This document shows positions 8,313 through 17,474 of a stretch of 41,159 bases of DNA, piece after piece. The translations under genes and the position numbers were made by a program. Numbering within the stretch: the stretch's first letter is position 1; each line of letters begins with the position of its first letter. The DNA lies in IMG/VR virus record IMGVR_UViG_3300030333_004009, positions 1 to 41,159 of that record; one strand, 5' to 3'. Source of the DNA: a virus (Duplodnaviria; Caudoviricetes). The notes under the pieces are model-generated. The model did no database searches. It saw only the letters and a program-made list of their open reading frames with translations, and had not been told where the DNA came from.

Positions 8313-9763
8313 AAGACTTAGCGGCTGAAAGAGCTGTACTAGCTGGGATATGTCAGTACGGGTTAGACTGCTATCTTGATATTGATTTTGTTGATCCTAG
8401 CTACTTCACTAACGAGATGAACCAAATCATCTTCAAGTGCATTGAAAAGTCCATGAAAGACTCTCAAAGCGTGGAACTTTCATCTCTGCTATCTTCAGCT
8501 AACCAGCTTGGCTTCTATGAGAACATTAGCAGTCAGGAAGAAATAGGCTTTATAAGGTCTTTATTCAACTTTCCTATAAATAAAGAAAATGTACAAATAC
8601 ATGCAGCCAAAATCTCGAAACTAAAAGTCGCTCGTGATGTTAAAAAGACTTTGAAGGTTTGTTCTTCTGAAATAGACAAAGTTACTGGAGACGAAGATAT
8701 AAATGACATCATATCCCTGATTGAGTCGCCCGTCTTAGAAGTCACTTCCAAAATATACCAGAGAGCAAGTAATAAGCCGGAAATAATTGGCGATGAGGTC
8801 GATGATTATATCCAGTATCTTAAGGATAATAAGGATATGTCAATCGGTATAAGCACAGGCTTCCCAATATATGATGAGGCTATAGGCGGAGGCTTAAGAA
8901 GAAAATGTGTTGACTTGATCGCTGCCAGACCCAAAGTGGGTAAGTCTATGTTTGGAGATGCTGTAGCCTTACATGTGGCAAAAAACTTAGATATCCCAGT
9001 GCTAATGCTAGACACCGAGATGTCCAAAGAAGATCACTTAAATAGAATGCTGGCGAACTTAAGTAATGTCGAGATAAATAGGCTCGCCGCTGGTAAGTTT
9101 GCAAATAACGAGCTGGATGTGGAGAAGGTAGAAAAGGGAGCCGAGCATCTAAAGGATATTCCGTATCACTATGTCAGTATTGCCGGACAGCCCTTTGAAA
9201 ACATACTAAGCATTATGCGCAAATGGATATATCAAGAGGTGGGTTTTGATGAAAATGGTAGGACTAAAGACTGCCTTATAATCTATGACTATCTCAAGCT
9301 TATGAACTCAGATAGCATATCTAATTCTATGCAGGAGTTCCAAGTATTAGGTTTTCAAATAACACAACTACATAACTTCACTGTCAAGTATGATGTACCA
9401 TGCCTGAGTTTTGTGCAGCTTAATCGTGACGGAATAACAAAAGAATCAACAGATGTTGTTTCTGGATCTGATAGGCTTATATGGCTATGTACTAGCTTCA
9501 GTATTTTCAAAATGAAGTCAGACGAAGAAATGGCAGATGATCTTGAAGAAAATGGTAATAGAAAATTGGTGCCGATTGTAGCTAGACATGGATCTGGTCT
9601 TGATGATGGAGACTACATCAACATGGATATGATCGGCAAATTTGGAAAGATTTCGGAGGGCAAAACGAGAAACGAACTCCGCAAATCAACGGACACTAAG
9701 AATAAAGGTTTTGACACTGAAAATGGCGTTGAGCAATACACAGATATTTCAGATATCGAATAA
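8279..9763 (+). CDS. dnaB: Replicative DNA helicase (DnaB family)
   Basis: AERAVLAG N-terminus, GISTGFPIYD, IAARPKVGKS, DTEMS, YDYLKLM, QLNRDG, ARHG. ORF 8243..9763, ATG 8279 preferred. Confidence 0.95.
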   Translation: MVRNKENKRKLEDLAAERAVLAGICQYGLDCYLDIDFVDPSYFTNEMNQIIFKCIEKSMKDSQSVELSSLLSSANQLGFYENISSQEEIGFIRSLFNFPINKENVQIHAAKISKLKVARDVKKTLKVCSSEIDKVTGDEDINDIISLIESPVLEVTSKIYQRASNKPEIIGDEVDDYIQYLKDNKDMSIGISTGFPIYDEAIGGGLRRKCVDLIAARPKVGKSMFGDAVALHVAKNLDIPVLMLDTEMSKEDHLNRMLANLSNVEINRLAAGKFANNELDVEKVEKGAEHLKDIPYHYVSIAGQPFENILSIMRKWIYQEVGFDENGRTKDCLIIYDYLKLMNSDSISNSMQEFQVLGFQITQLHNFTVKYDVPCLSFVQLNRDGITKESTDVVSGSDRLIWLCTSFSIFKMKSDEEMADDLEENGNRKLVPIVARHGSGLDDGDYINMDMIGKFGKISEGKTRNELRKSTDTKNKGFDTENGVEQYTDISDIE

Positions 9764-10760
9764 ATTATTTCCCAGATTGCACGACATAATGTCGTATTTT
9801 GAGATAGAGTACGAAGAGCATCCTAACAGACTGTCCTTCGCCTGCCCTATTCATGGTGGTGATAATCCGATGGGATGTAGTATCTTTACTGATGGTAATA
9901 CCTCTAAAGGTAATTGGGCGTGCTGGACACAGCACTGTGAAGAAGATTACTCTAAGAGTCTATTTGGCTTCGTTAGAGGAGCTTTGGCAAACAAGCTCAG
10001 CAAAGAGGTAGATATCTATACAGCCTACGCTTTCTGCTTAAAATTTCTTAACCTCAAGGCAGAAGATATACCAAACACTGCCGTTGAAACTAATAATGAG
10101 ATTAAGATACTTGAAACTTTTGAACGAAGTCCTCTTAGGGAGACTCCTAAAATCTCTAGAGATGAAATAGTGCAGAGCATCGCTATCCCATCTACTTATT
10201 ATATTAACAGGGGCTATCAGAAAGAAACACTAGTAAACTTCGATATTGGTATGTGCAATAATAAAAATAAGCCAATGTCGGGAAGAATTGTTGTTCCAAT
10301 CTACGATGAAGACTATAATTATGTTGGATGCATTGGCCGCGCTTCCACAGACTGGATGAAACCAAAGTGGCTGCACAGCAAAGGCTTCCGAAAAAGTGCC
10401 TACCTTTATGGTATGAACATTGCAAAGGAAGAGATCTTGAAGACGGGAACTGCCGTGCTAGTTGAAGGTCAGGGAGATGTTTGGAGGATGCACGAAGCGG
10501 GCATAAAAAACTGTGTAGGAATATTTGGAGCAAGTCTGAGCGATGAGCAATTAGTGCTGCTTGAACAAAGTGGCGCGCTAAACCTAGTAATCCTAACGGA
10601 CACTGATGAGGCTGGCGAAAGAGCCGCTGAACAAATTGTTAAAAAGGGAGGTAGGAGATTTAACTACTATCGCCCAGACATAACAGAAAAAGACATTGGT
10701 GAAATGACTATAGAACAAATTAAAGAACAAATTATAAATGAACTTGAAGGGGTACTTTGA
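9723..10760 (+). CDS. dnaG: DNA primase (zinc-binding + TOPRIM)
   Basis: CPIHGGDN...CWTQHC zinc domain, GRIVVPI, LVEGQGDV, DTDEAG TOPRIM motif. Confidence 0.92.
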   Translation: MALSNTQIFQISNKLFPRLHDIMSYFEIEYEEHPNRLSFACPIHGGDNPMGCSIFTDGNTSKGNWACWTQHCEEDYSKSLFGFVRGALANKLSKEVDIYTAYAFCLKFLNLKAEDIPNTAVETNNEIKILETFERSPLRETPKISRDEIVQSIAIPSTYYINRGYQKETLVNFDIGMCNNKNKPMSGRIVVPIYDEDYNYVGCIGRASTDWMKPKWLHSKGFRKSAYLYGMNIAKEEILKTGTAVLVEGQGDVWRMHEAGIKNCVGIFGASLSDEQLVLLEQSGALNLVILTDTDEAGERAAEQIVKKGGRRFNYYRPDITEKDIGEMTIEQIKEQIINELEGVL

Positions 10761-11590
10761 TGACCAGAATTTTAGCATTTGCCGGAAAGAAACAGTCAGG
10801 CAAAAATACATGTTGTAACTTTCTACATGGATACCAAATGAAGTCTCATGGACTGTTAGATGATTTTGCTATATCGGAAAAGGGGCAGCTCATAGTGTCT
10901 ACTGACGGTTCAAATCAAGGGGTTCTTGATGTTACCAGAGAAGACCTTGAGTTTGCAATGTGGGCTGTTGATAACATGTGGCCTTTTATCAAGCATTACG
11001 CCTTTGCATCAGCGCTCAAAGAAATAGCGACAGGCTTATTTAGTCTAGATAAGTCTCAGTGCTATGGAAGCGATGTAGAAAAAAACACACTGACTTGGTT
11101 TCGGTGGGAAGATATGCCGGGATATGAGGGTGAGAATGAAGGTAGGATGACAGCGAGGGAGTTTCTTCAGCACTTTGGCACTGACATTTGCCGAAAAATT
11201 CATCCTAACATTTGGACAGATAGAACTATTAAGAACATTAGCTCAGAAGAACCTCTTATTGCAGTTATTTCAGACTGCCGGTTCCCGAATGAGATTGAAG
11301 CCGTGAAGCGAGCAGGAGGTAAAGTAATCCATTTGACTAGATCAACATCTACAGACTCTCATAATAGTGAAACCGCGCTAGATAGTTATGATGATTATGA
11401 TGCAGTAATAGACAATACTAACATGTCTATTCTCGAAACAAATAAAGAAGTTATTAGACTTATTGACGAATGGGGCTGGCTTGGAGAAGCAGTACAAGAA
11501 GAAGCACCAGTAGAACCTATTGAACCTGAAGAGTCGTCCTTTGAAGGTTTAGTGGGAGGTATCACTGCTATCAAACAAGAAGGCGAATAA
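10760..11590 (+). CDS. Deoxynucleoside monophosphate kinase (T4 gp1-like)
   Basis: FAGKKQSGKNT, FASALKE, REFLQHFGTD, ISDCRFPNE, HNSE. Confidence 0.88.
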   Translation: MTRILAFAGKKQSGKNTCCNFLHGYQMKSHGLLDDFAISEKGQLIVSTDGSNQGVLDVTREDLEFAMWAVDNMWPFIKHYAFASALKEIATGLFSLDKSQCYGSDVEKNTLTWFRWEDMPGYEGENEGRMTAREFLQHFGTDICRKIHPNIWTDRTIKNISSEEPLIAVISDCRFPNEIEAVKRAGGKVIHLTRSTSTDSHNSETALDSYDDYDAVIDNTNMSILETNKEVIRLIDEWGWLGEAVQEEAPVEPIEPEESSFEGLVGGITAIKQEGE

Positions 11591-12604
11591 ATGCTAGTAA
11601 CATACATACGTAGCTCTAGCTACAACAATTTCGAGTATTGTCAGATGCAATATTTTATGACTTATGTTTTGGGTCATCAAAGTGTATCTGGGAAAAAGGC
11701 ACAACTAGGAACAGTTGTCCATAAGGTAATGGAGGTCTTAGCGGGCTGCAAAAAAATATTACAAGATGGTGACGAGCTACTGCTTGAGGATGACGCTATC
11801 GGAGAGGTCGAGTTTACTAAGCGTAGACTCGGAACGAAGAAATTTGTAAACGAAATCCTTAAGCGTAGCTACGATCACTACACTGGAAGTTGTATCCATC
11901 ACTACACAAACGCAGATTATAAATTTTGCGACAAGCTGACTTGGGATGCACTAACATATGATGACGGAAACTTTGATCCTCGTAAGAGAAATATTGTCGC
12001 CGCTGAACCCCAGTTTGATATACCAATAGAGGAAGATTGGGCAAAGTATGAGTACGATATGCCAGACGGCACCACGGTAGAGGGCAGGCTTGCCATCAAA
12101 GGTACAATCGACTTAGTGACAGAGATTGATGATGGGGTTATTGAAGTCATTGACTGGAAAACTGGACGTAGACTTAATTGGGCTACTGGAGAAGAAAAAA
12201 CCTACGAGAAGCTCTGCAAAGACCCGCAATTAATGCTGTATCATTATGCAATTTCTCACCTTTTTCCTGAATACAAAGACGCAATTATGTCGATATACTT
12301 CATTAGGGACGGTGGTCCTTTTAGTATTTGTTTTGAAGAGAGCGACAGGCGTAAATTTCTAGGGATGCTCAAGGATAGGTTTGAAGAGATAAAGAAAACA
12401 ACTAGGCCAAGAATGCTGTCTAAGAATCAGTCTCATTGGAAGTGCCAAAAGCTTTGTGACTTTTGTAAGAAAGATTGGCCCGGAACCAATGAAAGCATGT
12501 GTCGCCACGTTAGCAATCATCTAGACCAGTTTGGCATGTTAGATACGATACAGAATTGTACAAGAGAAGGTTTCGATGTTGGATATTATGAGGCTCCCGG
12601 ATAA
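11591..12604 (+). CDS. Cas4/RecB-like PD-(D/E)xK exonuclease
   Basis: SSYNNFEYC, GTVVHKVME, GTIDLV, IDWKTG, QLMLY, C-terminal CQKLCDFC...C (possible Fe-S staple). Confidence 0.87.
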   Translation: MLVTYIRSSSYNNFEYCQMQYFMTYVLGHQSVSGKKAQLGTVVHKVMEVLAGCKKILQDGDELLLEDDAIGEVEFTKRRLGTKKFVNEILKRSYDHYTGSCIHHYTNADYKFCDKLTWDALTYDDGNFDPRKRNIVAAEPQFDIPIEEDWAKYEYDMPDGTTVEGRLAIKGTIDLVTEIDDGVIEVIDWKTGRRLNWATGEEKTYEKLCKDPQLMLYHYAISHLFPEYKDAIMSIYFIRDGGPFSICFEESDRRKFLGMLKDRFEEIKKTTRPRMLSKNQSHWKCQKLCDFCKKDWPGTNESMCRHVSNHLDQFGMLDTIQNCTREGFDVGYYEAPG

Positions 12605-13119
12605 TGATTGAAGTAGAAATTACAGAAGAAATGAAGAAGCGAGCATGGGCTAAGTCTAGAGAGATGGGAGTTATCAAAAACTCTATCATGAAGGGCGATG
12701 GAAATATTGCTGGTTTTTTGGGTGAAGAGATTGCAAATGTTGTTATTGATGGTACAATTAATAACACATATGATTATGACTTAGTTTCCCAAGAAGGGAT
12801 TAAATATGATGTTAAAACTAAAAGATGTACATCACCACCTAAACCCTACTATGATTGCTCAGTCGCAAACTTTAACACTAAACAAAAGTGCGATAGATAT
12901 GTTTTTGTTAGAATTGAAAATAAAAATAGGCGATGGGGAAGAGCGTGGGTTCTAGGCTGGCTCACTCATGATGACTATTTTAAGAAGGCTAGAAAGCTCA
13001 CTAAGGGACAAATAGATCCTTCAAATGGATTTGTTGTTAGAGCTGACTGCCACAATGTTGCTATTTCAGAGTTGAATAAATTTGAGGTAAATAATGAATT
13101 GGATTCCACTAAACAATAA
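12604..13119 (+). CDS. Hypothetical PD-(D/E)xK-fold nuclease
   Basis: GFLGEE...YDYDL...YDVKTK matches the E...D...(D/E)xK arrangement. Confidence 0.6.
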   Translation: MIEVEITEEMKKRAWAKSREMGVIKNSIMKGDGNIAGFLGEEIANVVIDGTINNTYDYDLVSQEGIKYDVKTKRCTSPPKPYYDCSVANFNTKQKCDRYVFVRIENKNRRWGRAWVLGWLTHDDYFKKARKLTKGQIDPSNGFVVRADCHNVAISELNKFEVNNELDSTKQ

Positions 13120-14665
13120 AACTCACTTCAGCCTGCAAAGAGGCTTTTCTAAGCCTGACAAGCTTATTTCCAAATGCAAAGAGTTTGGATACAACTCTTG
13201 TGCAATTACCGATATCAATACAATATCTGGTGCTGTCGCGTTTTTTAAGGAGTGCAAGAAGCAGGGAGTGAAGCCCATAATTGGCTGTACCTTTGAGTTT
13301 GAAAATGGAAAGAGCAAAACCTTATTAGCAAAAAACAAAGATGGCTGGTACTCTTTAATAGACTTGGTGTCCAAGAAGAATAGCTACTCAGATGATGTTG
13401 TTTATAAACTTATTGATTCCATCTCAGATGAAAATCTTATATCTACGGATAGCATTAAACAAAAGCCCGTGTATTATGTTGAGCCATGTGAGGCAGAACT
13501 CCATCGCATACTTCTTTGCTCAGGCTTAAAGACCAACATGTCTAAAGTTGCCAACAAGCTAGACGACAATAAAAAGCTAAAGGAATTTTTCAATTCAGAC
13601 AACTTTTATCTTCCATCGCCAGAGCGAGTGAGAGAGTTATATACCGCAGAGGAAATTAGCTGGTCTGCAGACATAGCTGCCGAATGCGACGAATATGAAA
13701 TACTAGGACAGCCCATGCTACCCGAGTTTGATTGCCCAGACGACTATACTGAAGATGACTATCTTAAACAGTTATGTAGAGATGGTTGGAGGACACTACT
13801 CGCTGATACAGGCAAGGTTGACGACGAGAACAAAAAGCAAGAATACTTGGACAGAATTAAAAATGAGATGGACGTAATATTTGAGGCAAATCTGTCTGGA
13901 TACTTTCTAATTGTTCAAGATATTGTGAACTATGTTAGGTCTAAAGGTTGGCTTCCGGGGCCCGGAAGAGGTTCTGCCGCTGGCTGCCTCATCTCTTATC
14001 TAATTGGCATAACAGAGATTGACCCAATACAATATGACCTTATTTTTGAACGATTCTACAATGCGGGCAGAAACACTGATGGACATGTTTCGCTTCCTGA
14101 TATTGACTTAGATGTTCCGGCAGAAAAAAGAGATGAAGTTATAGCATACATTAAAGAGAAATACGGCGAAGACAACGTGTCTCAAATGTTGACCTTCAAC
14201 AAGTTGCAAGGCAAGGCGGCGTTAAAGGAAATTATGCGCATTAACAGCAATGTTTCTTTTGGTGAGATGAATGACATAACTAAAAATATACCCAACGAGG
14301 CAGACGTTTCCGACCTTATGGAACAAAGCGGGGAGAAGTCTTTAATTAAGTGGACTCTTCTTTACCAGCCAGAGATATTAGATAGGTGGTGCAAAGTTAA
14401 TAGTGAGGACGACCTAGTGGGTCCTCTAGCATCGGTTTTTCAACAGGCTATCGACATAGAGGGTACAATAAAATCACAAGGCAAACACGCTGCTGGAGTA
14501 ATCATATCGTCCAAAAAACTAAGAGAGGTTTGTCCTATGGTTCAAGATAGGAGCAAAAATCTAGTAGCTGGGTTTGAGATGGGAGATCTTGAAGATCAGG
14601 GTCATGTAAAGTTTGATATACTCGGCATTGACCTACTAAGTAAAATCATGGAGATTAAGGAGTAA
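13094..14665 (+). CDS. dnaE: DNA polymerase III alpha, N-terminal half (degenerate PHP + palm/thumb)
   Basis: AITD...GVKPIIG (PHP), YFLIVQD, GPGRGSAAG, FERFYN, PDIDLD, GKHAAGVII, VKFDILG; stops 12 codons after KFDILG. Confidence 0.93.
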   Translation: MNWIPLNNKTHFSLQRGFSKPDKLISKCKEFGYNSCAITDINTISGAVAFFKECKKQGVKPIIGCTFEFENGKSKTLLAKNKDGWYSLIDLVSKKNSYSDDVVYKLIDSISDENLISTDSIKQKPVYYVEPCEAELHRILLCSGLKTNMSKVANKLDDNKKLKEFFNSDNFYLPSPERVRELYTAEEISWSADIAAECDEYEILGQPMLPEFDCPDDYTEDDYLKQLCRDGWRTLLADTGKVDDENKKQEYLDRIKNEMDVIFEANLSGYFLIVQDIVNYVRSKGWLPGPGRGSAAGCLISYLIGITEIDPIQYDLIFERFYNAGRNTDGHVSLPDIDLDVPAEKRDEVIAYIKEKYGEDNVSQMLTFNKLQGKAALKEIMRINSNVSFGEMNDITKNIPNEADVSDLMEQSGEKSLIKWTLLYQPEILDRWCKVNSEDDLVGPLASVFQQAIDIEGTIKSQGKHAAGVIISSKKLREVCPMVQDRSKNLVAGFEMGDLEDQGHVKFDILGIDLLSKIMEIKE

Positions 14666-14667
14666 TA

Positions 14668-14886
14668 ATGGATATTAAATCAGACTACAAATCAGTTTTA
14701 TTTTCGGGATGTTCTATTGACTATAGAGACATCACGCTATGTAACTTAGCTAACTTTATACCTATTAGAGCGAAGATGGCTGGCATCTACCAAGTACATT
14801 CTCGCAAGATGAAGTTTAGCAAAATCTACAAAAATATTGACGACGCTGTTGATATGTTCATCCAATTAAAAAGGCAGGCAAAATGA
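14668..14886 (+). CDS. 72-aa hypothetical protein between the dnaE halves
   Basis: AAGGAG RBS; ATGA overlap with the exonuclease gene. Confidence 0.7.
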   Translation: MDIKSDYKSVLFSGCSIDYRDITLCNLANFIPIRAKMAGIYQVHSRKMKFSKIYKNIDDAVDMFIQLKRQAK

Positions 14887-15572
14887 ATTACAGAGATATA
14901 ATTGTTTTTGACTTTGAAACAGGATCTAGAAATCCGTATAAGACACAGCCTACTCAAATCGCAGCTATAGCTCTCCACGGGCGCAAATTAACTCTGCAGC
15001 CGGGAGGTGTATTTAACAGTGAAATTAGGCCTATTCTAGACGACAAAAAGGCAATCGAAGCAGGCTTTGATCCGATTGAAGATGAAGCGTTACAAATCAC
15101 AGGAAAGAATAGGAAAGATTTAGCGAAAGCTCCTTTACCTAAGACTGTTTGGAAAAAGTTTGAGGACTTCTGCAATAAATTTAATTTCAGGGGAACATCC
15201 TATACAGCTCCTATTGCAGCAGGATATAACATAATCGGATTCGACTTGCCAATCGTACAGCGAATGTGTGATATGTATGGCACAACGGACTCTAGGGGTC
15301 GCCAGACTGTATTCAATCCCATCTTCAAGCTAGACCTGATGGATATGGTATTCTCTTGGACTGAGAACAATAAGGATTTCAAGAGCCTCAGTATGGATTT
15401 CCTAAGAGACTACATGGGCTTCCCTGAAGAAAGCAAGGAGAATGCTCACGACGCGCTGCAGGATGTTAAGGATACAGCTAATATACTTATTAAGTTTCTA
15501 AAGTTTCAGCGAAACATTTCGGAAAAAACCAAATTTGAGAAAGCATTTGCAAATGGCGAATTCTACGTTTAA
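14883..15572 (+). CDS. DEDDh 3'-5' exonuclease (DnaQ/epsilon-like)
   Basis: ExoI VFDFETG, ExoII GYNIIGFDL, ExoIII AHDALQDV. Confidence 0.9.
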   Translation: MNYRDIIVFDFETGSRNPYKTQPTQIAAIALHGRKLTLQPGGVFNSEIRPILDDKKAIEAGFDPIEDEALQITGKNRKDLAKAPLPKTVWKKFEDFCNKFNFRGTSYTAPIAAGYNIIGFDLPIVQRMCDMYGTTDSRGRQTVFNPIFKLDLMDMVFSWTENNKDFKSLSMDFLRDYMGFPEESKENAHDALQDVKDTANILIKFLKFQRNISEKTKFEKAFANGEFYV

Positions 15573-17112
15573 TATTGATGACTATAGTGACTCTGATGTT
15601 TGGGACTTAATTTGTGAGGGACAAACAAAAGGTGTCTTTCAGTTAGAGTCACAACTTGGCAGATCGTGGGCTAAAAGAGTGCGCCCTCGTAACATTGAAG
15701 AATTAGCGGCGTTAATATCCTTGATTAGGCCCGGATGTCTGAAGGCTTTTACCGAAGGCAAGTCAATGACACAGCATTACGTTGATCGCAAAGCTGGCAT
15801 TGATGAAGTTAAGTACTTACATCCAAGTCTTGAGCCAATCCTTAAAGAGACTTTTGGTGTTCTCGTTTATCAAGAGCAGTCTATGAAAATTGCCCAGCAG
15901 CTCGCAGGATTTGACCTGAAGGAGGCAGATGATTTACGTAAGGCGATTGGCAAGAAGAAGGCAGACCTAATGAATAAACTAAAAGGGTCTTTTATTACAG
16001 GCGCGACAGCGAATAATATTGATGAGGAAACCTCAGAAGAAATATTTGGGTGGATCGAAAAGTCAAATCGCTATGCGTTCAACAAATCGCATGCAGTCTC
16101 ATATGCCGTAAACGCATACAGGAGCGCCTACTGTAAGGTGCACAGGAAACTGAAGTTTTTTGAATCCTATCTCAATCATTCAGAAAGAAAGCCAGATGCC
16201 CATACTGAGATCAAACAGCTAGTATCTGATGCTAAGCTTTACGATATAGAGACGTTGCCTCCTCGCTTAGGACATTTCTATTCTTCATTTACAGCTAAGA
16301 ATAACAAGGTTTACTTCGGTGTGACAAATGTCAAAGGCGTAGGAAACGCAGAGACCAAAAAACTATTAGACCTCATACCGGAAATTGAAGAGAAGCTAGG
16401 CAAGAACTTTCAAGAATTTACTTGGATGGATATACTACTTAACTTTGGCCTAAAGATAAATAAGACCTGCATGGAGTCATTAATAAAAGTAGGAGCGTTC
16501 AATGGCTCTAACAATCGCAAGCATCGTAACGAGCTTATCTATGAGTATAAAAGTTATAAAGATTTATCCGCCAGAGAACGACAATGGCTTTGTGAAAACT
16601 ATATTAGCGAAGACAGTCTTATCGGCTCAATAGATAATATGATAAATAATCTTAAGATAAATTCCAATAGGCTTATGAAGGTTTTTGATATTAGAAATGT
16701 CATTGAATCTCCTCCCTTTGATCTCACGGACTACCCAGAATGGATAGCGGATACTGAGAAAAAGTACATGGGTACATCTCTAACCTTCTGCAAAACAGAT
16801 GCCGTTCAAAGTACAATAGTAAATTCTACATGTAAAGAAATATTGAACGGTAAAACCGGATCAGTTAATCTAGTTGTACATATAAACTCATTGCGCGAGT
16901 ATGTTACTAAAAACGGAAAAAATCCCGGTCAGACTATGGCATTTATGTCAGTTGAGGACTCGTCGGCAATGCTCGACTCTGCTATAATGTTTCCTGATGC
17001 CTATGATGAATTTAAGAATATATTGTATGAAGGCAACACAGTTATTGTTTTTGCTCAAGTATCTAAGAAAAAAGATACCAGTTTAATAATTAATAAAGTG
17101 TCCCAAGTCTAG
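15553..17112 (+). CDS. dnaE: DNA polymerase III alpha, C-terminal half (fingers, HhH, OB fold)
   Basis: GVFQLES, LIRPG, ETFGVLVYQEQ, ADDLRKAIGKK, YAFNKSHAVSY, VKGVG, TKNGKNPGQTMAFMSVED. Confidence 0.93.
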   Translation: MANSTFNIDDYSDSDVWDLICEGQTKGVFQLESQLGRSWAKRVRPRNIEELAALISLIRPGCLKAFTEGKSMTQHYVDRKAGIDEVKYLHPSLEPILKETFGVLVYQEQSMKIAQQLAGFDLKEADDLRKAIGKKKADLMNKLKGSFITGATANNIDEETSEEIFGWIEKSNRYAFNKSHAVSYAVNAYRSAYCKVHRKLKFFESYLNHSERKPDAHTEIKQLVSDAKLYDIETLPPRLGHFYSSFTAKNNKVYFGVTNVKGVGNAETKKLLDLIPEIEEKLGKNFQEFTWMDILLNFGLKINKTCMESLIKVGAFNGSNNRKHRNELIYEYKSYKDLSARERQWLCENYISEDSLIGSIDNMINNLKINSNRLMKVFDIRNVIESPPFDLTDYPEWIADTEKKYMGTSLTFCKTDAVQSTIVNSTCKEILNGKTGSVNLVVHINSLREYVTKNGKNPGQTMAFMSVEDSSAMLDSAIMFPDAYDEFKNILYEGNTVIVFAQVSKKKDTSLIINKVSQV

Positions 17113-17146
17113 TATATGCATATAATATATTTGTAAAGACAGGAGG
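17099..17146 (+). promoter_or_regulatory. Putative promoter (TGTC-N18-TATAATAT) plus ACAGGAGG RBS
   Basis: TATAAT at 17121-17126 in an intergenic gap; TGTC at 17099-17102; same spacing as 2750-2779. Confidence 0.55.
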
Positions 17147-17150
17147 TATT

Positions 17151-17474
17151 ATGAACATATGCACATTTATAGGTAGACTTGTCAACGATCCAGTTATTAA
17201 AGACGTTGGTTCTACTCATTTGGTCACATTTTCTCTGGCCATAGAAGAATATAGAAAAGACAAAGACGGAGTGAAGAAAAAGCGTGTTGACTTTTTAGAC
17301 TTTGAAGCTTGGGATAGCGGCGCTACCGCATTTAAAAAAGTTTGCAAAAAAGGTGATTTAGTAGCGATTGAATCTTGTGCTAGGCAGCAAAAGTGGACAA
17401 CTCCGGAAGAGCAGCAAAAAGAAAGAATTAATTTTAGAGTTAAGAGTTTTAAGATTTGTAATGGTAAAGACTGA
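17151..17474 (+). CDS. ssb: Single-stranded DNA-binding protein (no acidic tail)
   Basis: MNICTFIGRLVNDP, FSLAI, DFLDFEAW, KKGDLVAIE match the bacterial SSB OB fold. Confidence 0.9.
   Translation: MNICTFIGRLVNDPVIKDVGSTHLVTFSLAIEEYRKDKDGVKKKRVDFLDFEAWDSGATAFKKVCKKGDLVAIESCARQQKWTTPEEQQKERINFRVKSFKICNGKD

Noticed and set aside
11591-12604. Cas4-like gene as evidence of a CRISPR-Cas system
   Set aside because: No repeat-spacer array or other cas genes seen; solo Cas4/RecB-like nucleases are common in phage replication modules.
14600-15600. Split intein or self-splicing intron joining the dnaE halves
   Set aside because: No intein terminal motifs; the intervening DNA is fully occupied by two coupled ORFs (one a DEDDh exonuclease), leaving no room for a ribozyme core.
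13094-17112. dnaE pseudogene
   Set aside because: Both halves are long, uninterrupted, keep their family motifs and have plausible starts.
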